From positions 19,158,001 to 19,222,000 of the forward strand of contig JBHGNT010000012.1 in assembly GCA_043228905.1 (NCBI GenBank): a DNA stretch of 64,000 nt. The letters run 5' to 3'. The notes below the pieces were generated by a model, which was given only the letters and a program-made list of their open reading frames with translations, had not been told where the DNA came from and made no database searches. Shown here one piece after another: positions 25,294 to 37,892 of this stretch. The position numbers were made by a program, and so were the translations under genes. Each line of letters begins with the position of its first letter. Position 1 is the first letter of the stretch. This DNA is from Azolla caroliniana. Lineage: Eukaryota > Plantae > Polypodiophyta.

Positions 25294-26875
25294 CCGTCGA
25301 CCACGTTGGCCGGAGTCAGGCCTGACTTGAGCCTTCTTCTTGTCTCTTCCAACGGAGTCAGCACTTCCTCCGCCATCTTCTTAGCAGTCAAGCTGGCTGT
25401 TGTCGACCCCACGTCGTTCCATTCACATCGTTTGTCGAAACGGCTGCAGACTCTCTTCACGACAGTCCAGTCGGTTGTGAGCCCCTCGTCCGTCTCCAGT
25501 AGGAGACCAACCTTCTCCTGATCAAGAGGATCGATCGACTTGATGAAGAGAAGGACCTTGCTCTTGTCGAGCACTATCCGGTTCAATGCCGACAACCGCA
25601 CGAATCGCTTTTTGAACTCCTGGAGAAGCATTGATGTGTTTCTTCCTTTGTCGGGTGACTCGACCCATTCCATAAGCTCTCGTTTTGACATTCGAAGTGA
25701 GTCATCGATGTTGTACCTCTCGAGGAGTCGCTCCACGAGCTCTGACCAGTTATAGTAATCAATCTGAATCTCAAGCACCTCTGCGTGGATGCTTTGTGTG
25801 ACGACTCACAAGAATCCAGACAACCATCTGTCCGCCGGGATGTCCCGCATTAGCATTTTGGCTTTATATGCCTCCAAATAGGTCAAGACTTCTTTACCAT
25901 TGAATCGGCCCGTCGTGCCGACTATCGTCTCTATGGCCCTGTCAAGACCACTCGCGCTCTCCCGAGCATTCACTAGACGGTTGACAACCACCGTCATTGC
26001 TTCCGCAAGCTCGCTTCCCCTCATCTTGCTCCTTTGCCGCCCCCTTCACGTTGGGTTCACCAAAGATGTCGTGGAAATCCATGAGTATGTGTCGAAACAA
26101 GGCAGAACCACCGGGGTCTCGGACTAAGGAGTCAGTAAGAGAAGTAAGAGAGGGTGAGATGATTATCGGGATCGTTTCCGGATGACTTCGCTGGTGCACG
26201 GGCTCAGACATGCAAACATTCCTAGACCTGTCACCGGGTAACAACGATGAGCTCATGGGTTCAGACGCTCAAGTACACACGCAGATGAGAGGGAGCAAAG
26301 ACAAGAATACAAGCAGAGACAGAAAGACATAGGAAATCCGGAAAAACAAAGAGTCGGTCGATTAACTTATAATAAGAGAAATACAACTGGACTTGGTCGG
26401 CGATGGAGCTTTGAGTGGTCCACACTCACACACGGACACTAGTGAGCCTCTGATCAGGAGCACACGGGCTTCTCGCGAAACAGAGGCCTCAGAGTACAAC
26501 GATAGAAAACTAGTGACGAGAAGTGAGCAAACGACTTTGAAATCCAACATCACTTCGTCCCCCTAAAACGATGGATCCCCAAACAATTTCAAATCTCCCC
26601 TTTTATAGCACAAGGGGAGGCTGTTACATCATGCATAAAGATAGTCGTTTTCTATCAGTGATTCTTCCTCTATTCTCTCTCACATCATATCCTATTATTC
26701 CTCTCTTTCTGTGGGACATTAAAGTACCCATTAACTACTCTACCTAGTACTTACAAATACTATATCTATATTTACATGTCTTTGTATATTGGTCCTTGCT
26801 CATGTGCATACTTGCACACCCCCGTTCACGTGTGTCCAGCTAGTTCTCTCCTTGTGGCCGGAATCCCCCACGACA
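25294..26875 (-). mobile_element. Ty3/gypsy-A 5' end: 809-bp LTR, tRNA-Trp PBS and Gag N-terminus
   Basis: LTR 26067-26875 with TGTCGTGG…CCACGACA inverted termini. Gag IVGTTGRFNGKEVLTYLEAYKAKM…WSELVERLLERY…KVLLFIKSID (25281-26024). It continues, after nested copia-2, at 10027. Confidence 0.88.
26046..26062 (-). promoter_or_regulatory. Primer-binding site complementary to the tRNA-Trp 3' end
   Basis: Minus-strand TGGTGAACCCAACGTGA against plant cytosolic tRNA-Trp 3' end …TCACGTCGGGTTCACCA (16/17, tRNA recalled from knowledge). It lies 4 nt from the LTR. Confidence 0.8.
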
Positions 26876-28774
26876 ACGTATTAATCTAATGATGGTCATG
26901 ATCATGATCATGATCATTTTTAATATTGAGCTGTTTCGAGGACTGATACGATCGAGTTGTTTCAAGGATTGATAAAATTGAGTTGTTTTGAAACATATCA
27001 AGCTAATGATGATCACAATGCAAACCTAAAGATTGGATATAACAATATCATATCTTATAGCAAGCCAAGGCCTAGGTAAAGGGGTCCATATATCAAAAAC
27101 ATGAAAGTGGATGCTCCTAGAGACACAACACAAAGGACTAAGTGATTCCAAATATCATTATTGACAACAAGTTTAGTGTAAATGTGATTAATAACGCCAC
27201 TTGCTAGGGTCGTGACACTACCAATTGGGACAAATGCATGTTCTAGCTAGGCATGAGGAACACCAGCTCAGTACGACCCCTTGGCCATGTTAAGGACCTC
27301 CTCGTCTCTGCAAGGGGCATTCGTTTCACATTTCAATTGTAGTTCTCTGGTTGCTTGAAGTTGGATCATACCCATTCCTCTTGGGTCAAGCATAATTGAC
27401 TATGGCGTACATGACCTGGTGTTGAGGCAAGACGAAGGTCAAGCAACCGACAACTCCCTGACCAACTCGGCATTACCACTTGACACCCCTTCACATCTAG
27501 AGCATTAGAATTCTCTAAGAGATAGCTAATATGAACCTTGAGGCATAGACGGATTATCATGTAACGATCATCCCTCTTTTCGAGAGCCCTACCAACACAC
27601 ACACCCCACTAATTGAGTTTTCAAAAGACCCACCACCAAAAAGGACACTTACGATACTCGATCAAATTGTTCATTGTTTTTGCATGTGCGCATAATTCCT
27701 TGGAGTGGGTGTTGTTGATCTCCCAACATGTGTCACATACCAATTTGGGAGAACTAGTCAACATCAACATGGAGGTTGACCCTCAACTAGTAAAAATCAA
27801 AATGCATCATGTCATTTCATCGAGAGCTATGGTTGACCTCATTTGTGAGTATCGAGATGCCTTTGCTCAGTCCTATGGGAACTTGGGGTGCTTGGATCCT
27901 AGATTCTACCAACATCAAATACATTTGAAGTAGGACACCACCCCCATCTAGCAACAATGGTATTGAATGAACCCCAACTATGTCACTCTCATCAAAGAAG
28001 AAATCAACAAACTTTATGGGTGGGTTTCATATGGCAGTCAAGAATTCCATGTGGGTGTAGTTGTTGTTTCATGAAGAATGGTAAAATCCAAGTTTGTGCC
28101 GACTATCACAAACTTGGCACAAATAATTACCTAAATACATCAACAAGCCACAAAATGTATAGTTTTCTTGTTGGTTTCAATGACAATGTTTAGATCTAGA
28201 TGAGAGCCAAGGACAAAGAGAAAATGGTCTACATTGTCGAATTGGGCATGCACATAGACATTCTCATGATGTTTGGCCCCAAGATAATCCTTGCTATATT
28301 TTGATGCATCACTGTCCAAATCTTTGAAACAAATGTTGGCCGGTCAGAAGAGCAAGGACAAGTGGGAAGGCGGAATCGGATCGGATAATAGGAAGTAAAT
28401 AATAGTATATTTATTATTCGGAGGGACGGATCCGGTACAGTTGTACCGATCCGGATCCGGACCGATTCGGATGCCGGTTGCCTAAGCGCACCGATTGTAA
28501 CCTTGCCGGATGCCTATAAAAGGATCCGATGATTTGTAAATGCTTGACGGAAGTAATACAATTATACTTATTGCGTGTTTATCTTTGTCTTTGTATTGTT
28601 TTACCGTCTGTGCTTAGTGTAATCATCTTACGCGTGTAACCTAGCATCCAATCCTTACCACCCCTTTGGAGAAGTGTCGGATAGACACTTGTGTTGAGGC
28701 TAGTCCGGCCAGGCATACAACACTATTTTGGCGACCACGATTCCTGCAAAGTGCAGAGGACAACCGGGGGATGG

Positions 28775-31700
28775 ATGTCTAGACCAAACGACGACCACAT
28801 CACCGAACGAGGGAGACGATACACCAAACGAGAGCAACGACGGGAAGCCCTGCAGCAAGCCGTCGACGAGATCCGGCGAGATCGGTCATTCTCCAGAACT
28901 CTTCGGAGAGTCGCAGAAGAAGCACTGCAATTCCGGGTTCTGCAAGTCCCCGACGAAGGCAGTACCATAACAGGCCTGCAAGAGGTGGAAACGATACTAC
29001 AGACGCTCGCCGGTGGCGACGGAGACTCGGAAGCACTCGCAACACTCGAGGCGGAGTCGGAAAGCGACGGAAGTGTTGCGTCCCGGTATAAAAGCAACCA
29101 CGACACACCAAACGACCTGAGGGAAGAGGAGTCGGAAGACTCAGTAACACCGGAGCCAGAGGAAGAAATAACCTTGGAGTTCGGTGACCGGCAATCGCCG
29201 AGGGAGGCTGACCGGATACTGACAACACCCGCGAAGGAACCGAAGGACCGGACACCGGCAACACCCGCGGAGGAACTGAAGGAGCGGATACCGACACCAA
29301 CCGCGGAGGAACCGAAGGTTCTCACACCGACGCCAACAGCGGACAGAGAGCGGAGAGAGCAGGAGAGTCAGTTGGACGACACGATGTCGTACCCATACCC
29401 AAAGTACTGGGATGAGCCCGACGCGGAGGCACACATGTACGCATTCCTCCAAACATGGGAAGCCAACCATGTTTCCCAAAGACTGACGGAGCCCGAAGCC
29501 GAACGATCCAAAGTCGCCGAATTCGGCATGACCTTAGAAGGACTGGCGGCCCGATGGCACGCAAAGCACTTACCGGGCAGCTTTGCCACATTCGATGCCT
29601 TGAAGGCCAAACTCCTCAGGCTTTTTCACAGACAAGTTGAGCAAAGGGAATTGGTCAGGCAGTTCTACACCACCCGGCAGGAAGAGAATGAGACTGTGCC
29701 ACATTTCATCATTCGGTTTCAGACCCTGCACAGCCAACTGACGAGAGCACCACCCGAAGACGAAGCCAAAGCAGTCTTTTTGGCCGCGCTAAAAGAGCCA
29801 CTTCGAACGATGTGCGGAGTCCTTGATTTCCGCACCAGCACAATGGACCAAATTATTGATCGGGTCTTAGAAATGGACAAGACTAGCTCCTTCTTGTTGA
29901 TGGGGATGTTACACCGGGCACTCCCGAAGGAGGAAGACCTGAGGTTCCGACAGGCCTTACAATGCACAACATGCCTAAATTCGGGCCACTCAACGGTAGA
30001 CTGCAACCTGCAGACACAATGTATGATCTGCAACTCTCGAGCCCATACAACGGACCGATGCGAATATAACCTGTTAAATCGGCAGGCGGCACCGGTTCGA
30101 CACATAGAACCGCGCAATCAGGACCCGGATGAGGATCGATTCCGGAGAGACGACCGCTACCAACGCGAACGTGGTAACAGATACGCTGATAAAAGACGCA
30201 ATAACTATGACCGAGAGGAGAAATGCAGAGATAGCTACCCCCGGGACCGGTACGACCGAGACGAATCCCCGGAATACGAACGACGCGGAGAAGAGAGGCG
30301 ACAAGGGAACCGGAATTTCCGACGGAATCAGAAGCGTGGATTTTTCCGAAGAGAGGAACGTCAGGAGGCAGCAAGGAATGACAACCCGGTATCGGTACCG
30401 GATAACCGAAAAACCGAAGATGACCGCCGAAGTATACCCACCCCCCAAACCGGGGACAAAGGAGAAACGAGCAACAGTCACAAGGTGTACTGTTATTACT
30501 GTCGTAAGGAGGGCCATTATAGTAACCAATGCCCAAGCAAAACCAATGACAAGCAACCGGCAGTCAACATGGTTACAGCCGAAATAACGAAAGTGCAGCA
30601 GGTCACAACCCGGTCAAAGGGGAAGGCCGCCGAGTGGGAAGCCTAGGAGGCAATCAGAAAACAAGCGGCGCAATGGATCAAGAAGGCCAATGAACAGAAT
30701 GCGGCAGAAGTAAGAGACCAAAATATGCCAAAAGACGAAGAAATCATACAACCAGGAGAAAACCCGACGTGGCAAGCGCTCCAGGACTATCAAATCGTGT
30801 TGCCGTTAGCACGGCTACTACAGTTGGTGCCACGGTTTACGGCAGACTTACAGGCATCCGTGAGCAAACCGAAGCCGACGCCAGCACCGGCATTCTTCTC
30901 CAACCCGGAGGAAGGACCAGCTGTGGTCGATACAAGTAGCCCAACGATCACGGCAATCGTGAAAGGAAAGGAAATTGCCGGAACAATTATTGACGGAGGC
31001 TCCGGGGTAAATGTCATTAGCTGACAGACATGCGACAACCTGGGCATCCGGGAATGGGAACCATGCCCCTTCTGGTTACGCATGGCGGATACCAGCTCAG
31101 TCCGACCGACCGGGCTTATCCGGGATTTGGAAGTAACGATCAGAGGCCACGTATTCCGGATATCTGTCGTGGTGCTGCAGCTGAATGTACAAGGCGCGTA
31201 CCCCCTACTGCTAGGACGACCATGGCTGCGAACGGCGCATATCAAGCAGAATTGGCAAAAGAACATGATCACATTCCGGCGAGGGAAAACAAATGTACGA
31301 GTAGCGACGCAACCACAGGTGATCGCCAGTAAGGAAGCAACTCCATTGTATGCGGAAAGCATCAACATGTTGGAGGGATTACCGGACGAGGAAGTCGATC
31401 GGTACCTCGAGGAACACCCACGAATCGTCCCACTATCTGAGGTGGATATCACGGCGGCAGTAGAACCATACATCACGACGCCGGACGAACCGGACCAAGC
31501 GGCGATCCGGGAACTGCGACAAGCGCAGGAATCCCTAGAGAGGGAGATGACGATATCCCAGAGGGTAAAAGCATCCCAACTAGAGGAGGTGGACCTCGGC
31601 ACAACAGACAAGCCCCGACCGGTAAATGTCGCAAAGGAATTGCCGAAGGAAGAAAAGAAGGCAATGGTAGCATTATTAACAGACTTCAAGGATGTGTTCG

Positions 31701-34507
31701 CGTGGTCATACGAAGACATGCGAGGGCTGGACCCCCAGCTCTATCAGCACCAAATTCACCTAAGTATGGACGCGAAAACGATCGCTCAACGCGGGTACCG
31801 GATGAATCCGAATTATGCAGCGAAGGTGAAGGAGGAGATTGATAAGCTCCTCCAGGTCGGATTTATCCGACCGGTCAAGCAAGCAACCTGGCTGAGTCCG
31901 ATAGTGGTGGTCCCAAAAAAGAACGGCAAAATCCGGGTATGTGTGGACTACCGGAAACTAAATGCCGCAACGGTGACCGATGCGTTTCCACTACCATTTA
32001 CGGACGGGGTGTTAGATGTGGTGGCCGGCCACGAAGTTTACAGCTTCCTAGATGGATTTAGCGGTTACAACCAAATACGAATGAACCTGGCCGACCAGGA
32101 GAAGACAACGTTCGTTACGGAATGGGGAGTGTTCGTCGCGGTCGTGATGATGTTCGGACTAAAGACCGCCCCAGCGACCTTTCAAAGGATAATAATGGAA
32201 ATTTTCGGGGAATATATCCCTGGTTTTATGCAGGTCTTCCTTGACGATTTCGCGGTCTACAGCCGGCACGGAGAGCATCTCGATCACCTCCGGCTATGCT
32301 TAGAGAAGTGCCGCGAGTACCGGTTGAGTCTGAACCCGGCCAAGTGCGTCTTTGGAGTGGCAAGCGGCAACTTGCTAGGGCACGTGGTGAGTAAGGAAGG
32401 AATCGCGGTAGATCCGGATAAAGTAAAGGCGATTCTCGAGGCACCGGCACCAAATAACGCAAAGGCTTTAAGCCGGTTCCTGGGCCAAATAAGGTGGCAT
32501 AGCCGGATGATACGGCACCTCGCAGACTTCACTACACCATTGCATGCCGCCGTACACAGGGTACCCTTCCTATGGGCGGAGATGGAGGAGAAAGCCTACC
32601 AAGCGCTAAAGGTTATGTTGTCGCAAGCTCCGGTGGTGCAACCGCCGGATTGGAGTAAAAGCTTTCACGTCTTCGTCGACGCGTCGGACGTAGCAATCGG
32701 CAGCGTTCTGATGCAACTCACGGAGCCGAAATGGTACCGGCCGGTGTACTACGCAAGCCGGAAACTCTCAAAAGCCGAACGGAACTACTCTACGACGGAA
32801 CACGAGGCATTAGGAATGGTGTATAGTGTCACAAAGTACAGGCACTATCTGCTCGGAAGGAAGTTTTCCTTCCATGTCGACCATTCGGCACTACTCTACC
32901 TGGTCTCGAAGGCATCCCTGACAGGAAAAATTGCACGATGGACACTGCTGTTACAGGAATTTGAATTCGACATTTTCCACCGACCCGGGGCGCAGCATGC
33001 GGTAGCGGACCACCTAAGTAGACTCGAATCCGGAGAAGCAGGGGACGGCGTACAGGATGAGTTCCCCGACGCCGAGTTGTTCCGGATCACGACGGAACCG
33101 GCAACAGATGCAACGGTAGCCGATGAAGACAAGTGGCTAATCGAGATGCATCAGTTCCTGAGCACCGGAGTACCCCCGGAGAACATGGACCGCGATGAAA
33201 GGAAAAGGGTAGCAGTAAGAAGCAGACATTTCTGCTTGGTTGGAGACACCCTCTATCACAAGGGGGCAGATGGCATCTGGAGACGAGCAGTGCAGAGCAA
33301 TGAGAAGGATCTAATCCTCAGGGAAGCCCATTGTGGAATTGCCGGCGTGCACTATGCCGGCGACGCAACCGCTCGGAAAATATGGCAGAGCGGACTGTGG
33401 TGGCCCACCACCCTAAAAGATGCCGTGAAGTATAGCAGAGAATGTGATTTGTGTCAACGACTGGGCCAGCCCACGGAGCAGGCCCGGATGCCACACCACC
33501 CAGTCTTGCCATTGGAACCATTTCAAAAGTGGGGTTTGGACTTTGTCGGTCCCTTCAAGCCACCGGCAATGCAAACCGGAAATCGGTATGTCATAGTGGC
33601 GACCGACTATTGCACCAAATGGGTGGAAGCGAAGGCCTTACGGGACAACACGGCCGCGTCCACGGCAAAGTTCCTGTACGAGTGCATATGGTGCCGGTAT
33701 GGATGCCCGATCGAGCTTATAAGTGACCAAGGAGGACACTTTCTCGGGCAGGTAGTAGAAAGCCTGACGTCATTTTACGCGGTGGTACATAAAAGGAGTA
33801 CTCCCTACTACCCTCAAGCCAATGGACTAGCGGAATCGACGAACAAAACTCTGCAGAACATCCTACGAAAAATCGTCAACGAGAACCGGACCGACTGGGA
33901 TACGAAATTGCAGAGCGCGCTATGGGCGTACCGAACAACGTACAAAACCAGCATCCGGACAACCCCGTTCCGACTAGCATTCGGCTTAGAAGCGGTCATG
34001 CCAGTAGAGTTCCAGATCCCCAGCTTACGAATCCAGGTAAAGGAGCGCTTAAGTGAGAAGGAGTCCGAACGAATCCGGCTGGCGACGTTGTTGGAATTAG
34101 AAGAAAACCGAATAGCCAGCTTAGTACAACTCGAACTGGAGCAAAGGAGGAGAAAAGCTTTCGTGGACCGACACCGGCATGGCAACGAAAAGGAGTTCGA
34201 AGTCGGAAAACCGGTGCTACTGTTCCAGACACGGATGGGGAACATGCCGGGAAAGTTGCGGTTTCGGTGGACCGGACCGTTCTGGATCACCAAGGAGCTC
34301 AGCACGTTGTCTGGAGAAGTCATCGGTAAGTGGTCAAATGGGTTTCGGCTAAAGCCGTATAAGGGACATATGCCAGCCAACCCGTTCAAGCAAGACCCGA
34401 AAATCCGGCACGATGAGGAACCAACACCGACAGACGCTGCTGCAGAAATCCGGACCAAGGAAGAACCGACACCGATACCGACAAAGACTATCCCGGAAAA
34501 CCGATAG
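28775..34507 (+). pseudogene. gypsy-C single-frame gag-pol broken by two in-frame stops (TAG 30644-30646, TGA 31022-31024)
   Basis: ORFs 28691-30646, 30725-31024 and 31082-34507 share one frame. Gag (LEGLAARWH…FYTTRQEENETVPHFIIRF); three CCHC knuckles; PR IIDGGSGVNVI; RT FLDGFSGY…MMFGLK…FLDDF; RH VFVDASD; INT H-H-C-C, WGLDFVGP, ISDQG, GLAES, RWTGPF. Confidence 0.93.
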
Positions 34508-35022
34508 AAGGAGATTCCGGTATCAGCGCGAACCGACCCGAACAAATCGGGCGGGACCGGAAAATGACGTGGTCCAAAAAAACAAAAACAAAAAAAAAAA
34601 ATCAAAGTAATGATGATGGGGAGATCACAAGAGGTGGGAGCGCCACCATTCAATGAAGAGGCGCCATGAAGTGAAGGAGGACGTGCGCGTACTTGCTATT
34701 TAAAGCATAGAACGTGGGCACCGACGTACGAGGTATTATGCACGCGCGGCAATCAAGAGAAGAATTGCTAATGATGACAGGAGATATGCACACGCGGCAA
34801 CCAAGAAAGGACATACTAATTATGGCGGGAGATAGACATGCGCGGGAACCGAAAAAGGGCGGCTCGAGGCAAAAGCCACTATATAAGACATAGGCCTGCG
34901 AAGGACTTACTTTTTACGAATTTTCCTACACACAGGCGCAGAAGCACAGAAGAGCAATCCGACGCACAGAGCACGCACATCCCAATCCCGAACAACAGAC
35001 AGCAGAAGAAGAATCTGAACCA

Positions 35023-37892
35023 ATGGCACTGTCAGAAGAGGCACGCCAATGGATGATAGAGAACGGGTTAGAAGGATTGATGCGGATCGCCGACACTCCA
35101 CCACACGCAGAACCGGAGCAGGCGGCAACATCGATTGATTTATCAGAAGTCACGGAAGGAGCGGTGCAGGCGCTCACGGGGATAAAAGTAGGAGGACTTC
35201 AAACGATCGAAAACCCTTCAAGTCAAATCCTGTTCGAATATTTCGGTGAGTATTCCATTAGCAGCAAGGCATACCGAACAAAGGGTGGAGAGAACCTGTT
35301 GTTCGGAGAAGTGACCCGCGCCATGATGGAGTACGGATTCGTGAATTCTCGTCCCCCGACCATAGCCAGGTACCAGGCAGCGTTCGTAATTGCAACGTAC
35401 GAAGGATTACAAGTGGACTGGCTCCATTTCATAACCGAAGGATTGAAGGAGGCCATCAAGAACCTTGTGGAAGGAAAAAAGCCATGGGCCGGGATAGCAC
35501 AATGGCTAACGGTGTTAGTCCCACCGGTGCTCCCCATCAAACAAAAGAAAAGAGGTCGGCAGGAGACGACGCCGAAAAAGGTCACAAAGCGCCGACAGAT
35601 CCTGGAGAAACACACCCCCGGATGGACCCAGGAAGAATCAGAACAGCGAGAGGAAGGACCATCCCAACAGCAACAAGAACCGGCAACAAAGGCAAAACCG
35701 GCGAGGAAGACCAACAAGGAACCGGCCGAGGAAGAACCGATAGCGCTCAAACCAATCAATATAACGCTGCGACGGCCGGAACCGGAACCAGAGGACTTTA
35801 TACAAAAGGTCCGTCTGATAGCCGCACCGGAGGAGGAAGCTGAGACGGAAGAAGACTCATCCGAACCACTGGTAAGACTCCCAGCAAGACAAGGTCGGGA
35901 GAGACGGGCGAGAGGACCGGCTCCACCAGTTGACAGAACTCAGCAGAGGGCGCAAGGACCACCTCTAGTAGCCGGGGCGGAAGCAGTACCGGAACCCGCA
36001 TCGAGGGAAGCAGTACCGGAACCGGTTTTGCCGGACTTCAGAGAACCGGTCATTCCGGAGAAGAGGAATGAACAAGTGCCGGAGCCAGAGAAAAGGTCGG
36101 AAAAACAGCCTGAGTTAAGAAGTAGAAGTGAGCAATGCTACTCCGACACAGGAAGCACAAAGCCACAATGGCTGAGATGGCTTTCGGAGCAGGTGTCGGG
36201 AGTAGCGGACCAGTTAGAGGAAGAAGAAATGCGTAGGCAACACCTGACGCATACAACAACCCAGGAGTTGGTCGCGCTCCGAACACAGATCTAGGAGTTG
36301 CAAGGGGAGCTGTTGCAGGCGGGGGAAAGAATTCAACAAGCACAAGTTGTCACCGAGTCGGTCGGGACAACAAGGAAGCAACCAGAACCGGAACCGGAGA
36401 CGAGTTAAAAGCTCAGGAGGCATTAAGGGAAAAAGAAAGGGAGCAGCGGAAAGCGGTGGAGGACGACAGACGAAGAATGGAAGAAGGCCTCCGGAAAGGC
36501 CAAGCCACTAATGACCGACTGCAAGAAGAAAAAGAAAAGCTGCAAAAGGAGAAGGACCAACTGCGTCGACAGGCCGAGCAGGAGATAGAGCGACTGTAGG
36601 AAGAACTCCGACAACAGAAGGACCGGGACGATCGGTTAAGAGCTCAGGTGAGCCGACGCTTGAAGCAGAAGACGGAGGACTTCGACTGACTCTACCGAGA
36701 TCACAAGCAGGCCGAGTCGGACAACAAGAAACGGGCAGTAGACTACGATCGGCAAATAGAGAAGCTGAAAGAACAGCTCAAAGAGACCCGATTGGACCTG
36801 GCTAAGACAATGGACGAGGTCAGTGCCAAAAAGGAAGCATTGTCGGCGGAAATAACCCAAGCGACGGAGAGAAGGAAGGAATTAGAGGTGCTAAGGCGGG
36901 AAAAGCTGGATCTGACCAAGATCCGGAATGAAGAAAAGGAAAGATCGACCTTCACGCTCAACAAACTACAAAGTGCCTATGAAAAGCAGAGAGCGGATTA
37001 CGAAGCCCAGGCTCAGATAATGGCCGACATTATAAAACGGGCAAGGAAGGAAAAGCAAGAAGCTTATGCGCATGCTAAAGCGGGGGTTGACCAGATCAAG
37101 CTCATCATGTCATGTTGGAGTACCCGAGCTCAGGCAAGCATCAACGAAAGTACGGAAAAGCTATGGAAGGAGTGGTCACAACAAGCAGCCGAGCTGCAGA
37201 CACTCTGAGCTGATGCCGAGAATCGGAGGAAGACCGGTGACAAGTTCTACAAGATGGATGAAGAAAGTATCATCGCCATTCGGGAAGAATTGTCGGAGGA
37301 TTTCTACGCTTTAGCGGAAGAACATCTCAAAGAAATCTGAGGGTTGGTAGAGAGGTTGGATGACGGGCAGCTCGCAACTCAGTTGGAGTTGGAGAAATAC
37401 GAGTAGGACCGGTTACGACAGGAAGCCGAGGGAAGAACGATGCCAATCACTATAAGTGAGGGAGAGCGACCGGTTGAAGCTGAACCAACCGACATCGAAC
37501 AACCCCGACAAGGAATACCCGAAGAAGAACTTCCGGTCCAAGAAAATCAAGAAGAGCAGGTGCAGACCAATGCCGGGGAAGAAGAAGAGCTGAGACCGGA
37601 AAACACCGGAGTAGAGGAAGAAGGCGCACTGAACCGACCAGTCGAGACCGGAGAAAGCGACACTGGTAACAAAACAGAGCCTGGAACGGAGGAAGAACAG
37701 GAAGAACCCGGACGGAGCGGTGAGGAAGCACCGGCACCACAGAATCAAGCAGAGCCAGAGCAGCAAATTTTTACGGAACAGCCAACCCAACCGGAGGTCG
37801 GAGACCAGGCAGGCAAGGAACAGGAATTGGAGGAAGAGGCACCACTTGACACCTTCGAGCGGAGTTTGCTCGATATTTTGGAGGAAGACTGA
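35023..37892 (+). pseudogene. Extra sense-strand ORF of gypsy-C (about 950 codons originally): globular N-terminal domain, long coiled coil, acidic tail
   Basis: ORF pieces 35023-36294, 36792-37208 and 37440-37892; the last two are in one frame joined through TGA/TAG codons. E/K/Q/R-rich heptad-like sequence. TATATAA at 34880-34886. Confidence 0.75.

Noticed and set aside
26046-26062. tRNA genes at the tRNA-like strings (also 22611-22634 and 8023-8034)
   Set aside because: Only the 3'-terminal 12-24 nt including CCA are present, each next to an LTR. They are primer-binding sites.
30644-30646. Programmed stop-codon readthrough between gag and pol
   Set aside because: The context TAG-GAG-GCA is not a known readthrough signal (e.g. 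CARYYA), and a second in-frame stop occurs at 31022. CAG-to-TAG mutation is simpler.
30790-34653. Long antisense ORFs (309 aa, 279 aa) over gypsy-C pol, and similar ones over copia pol
   Set aside because: They are shadow frames of GC-rich coding sequence with no recognisable domains.
35023-37892. True retroviral envelope gene
   Set aside because: No signal peptide, furin site or transmembrane helix is visible; the sequence is hydrophilic and coiled-coil.
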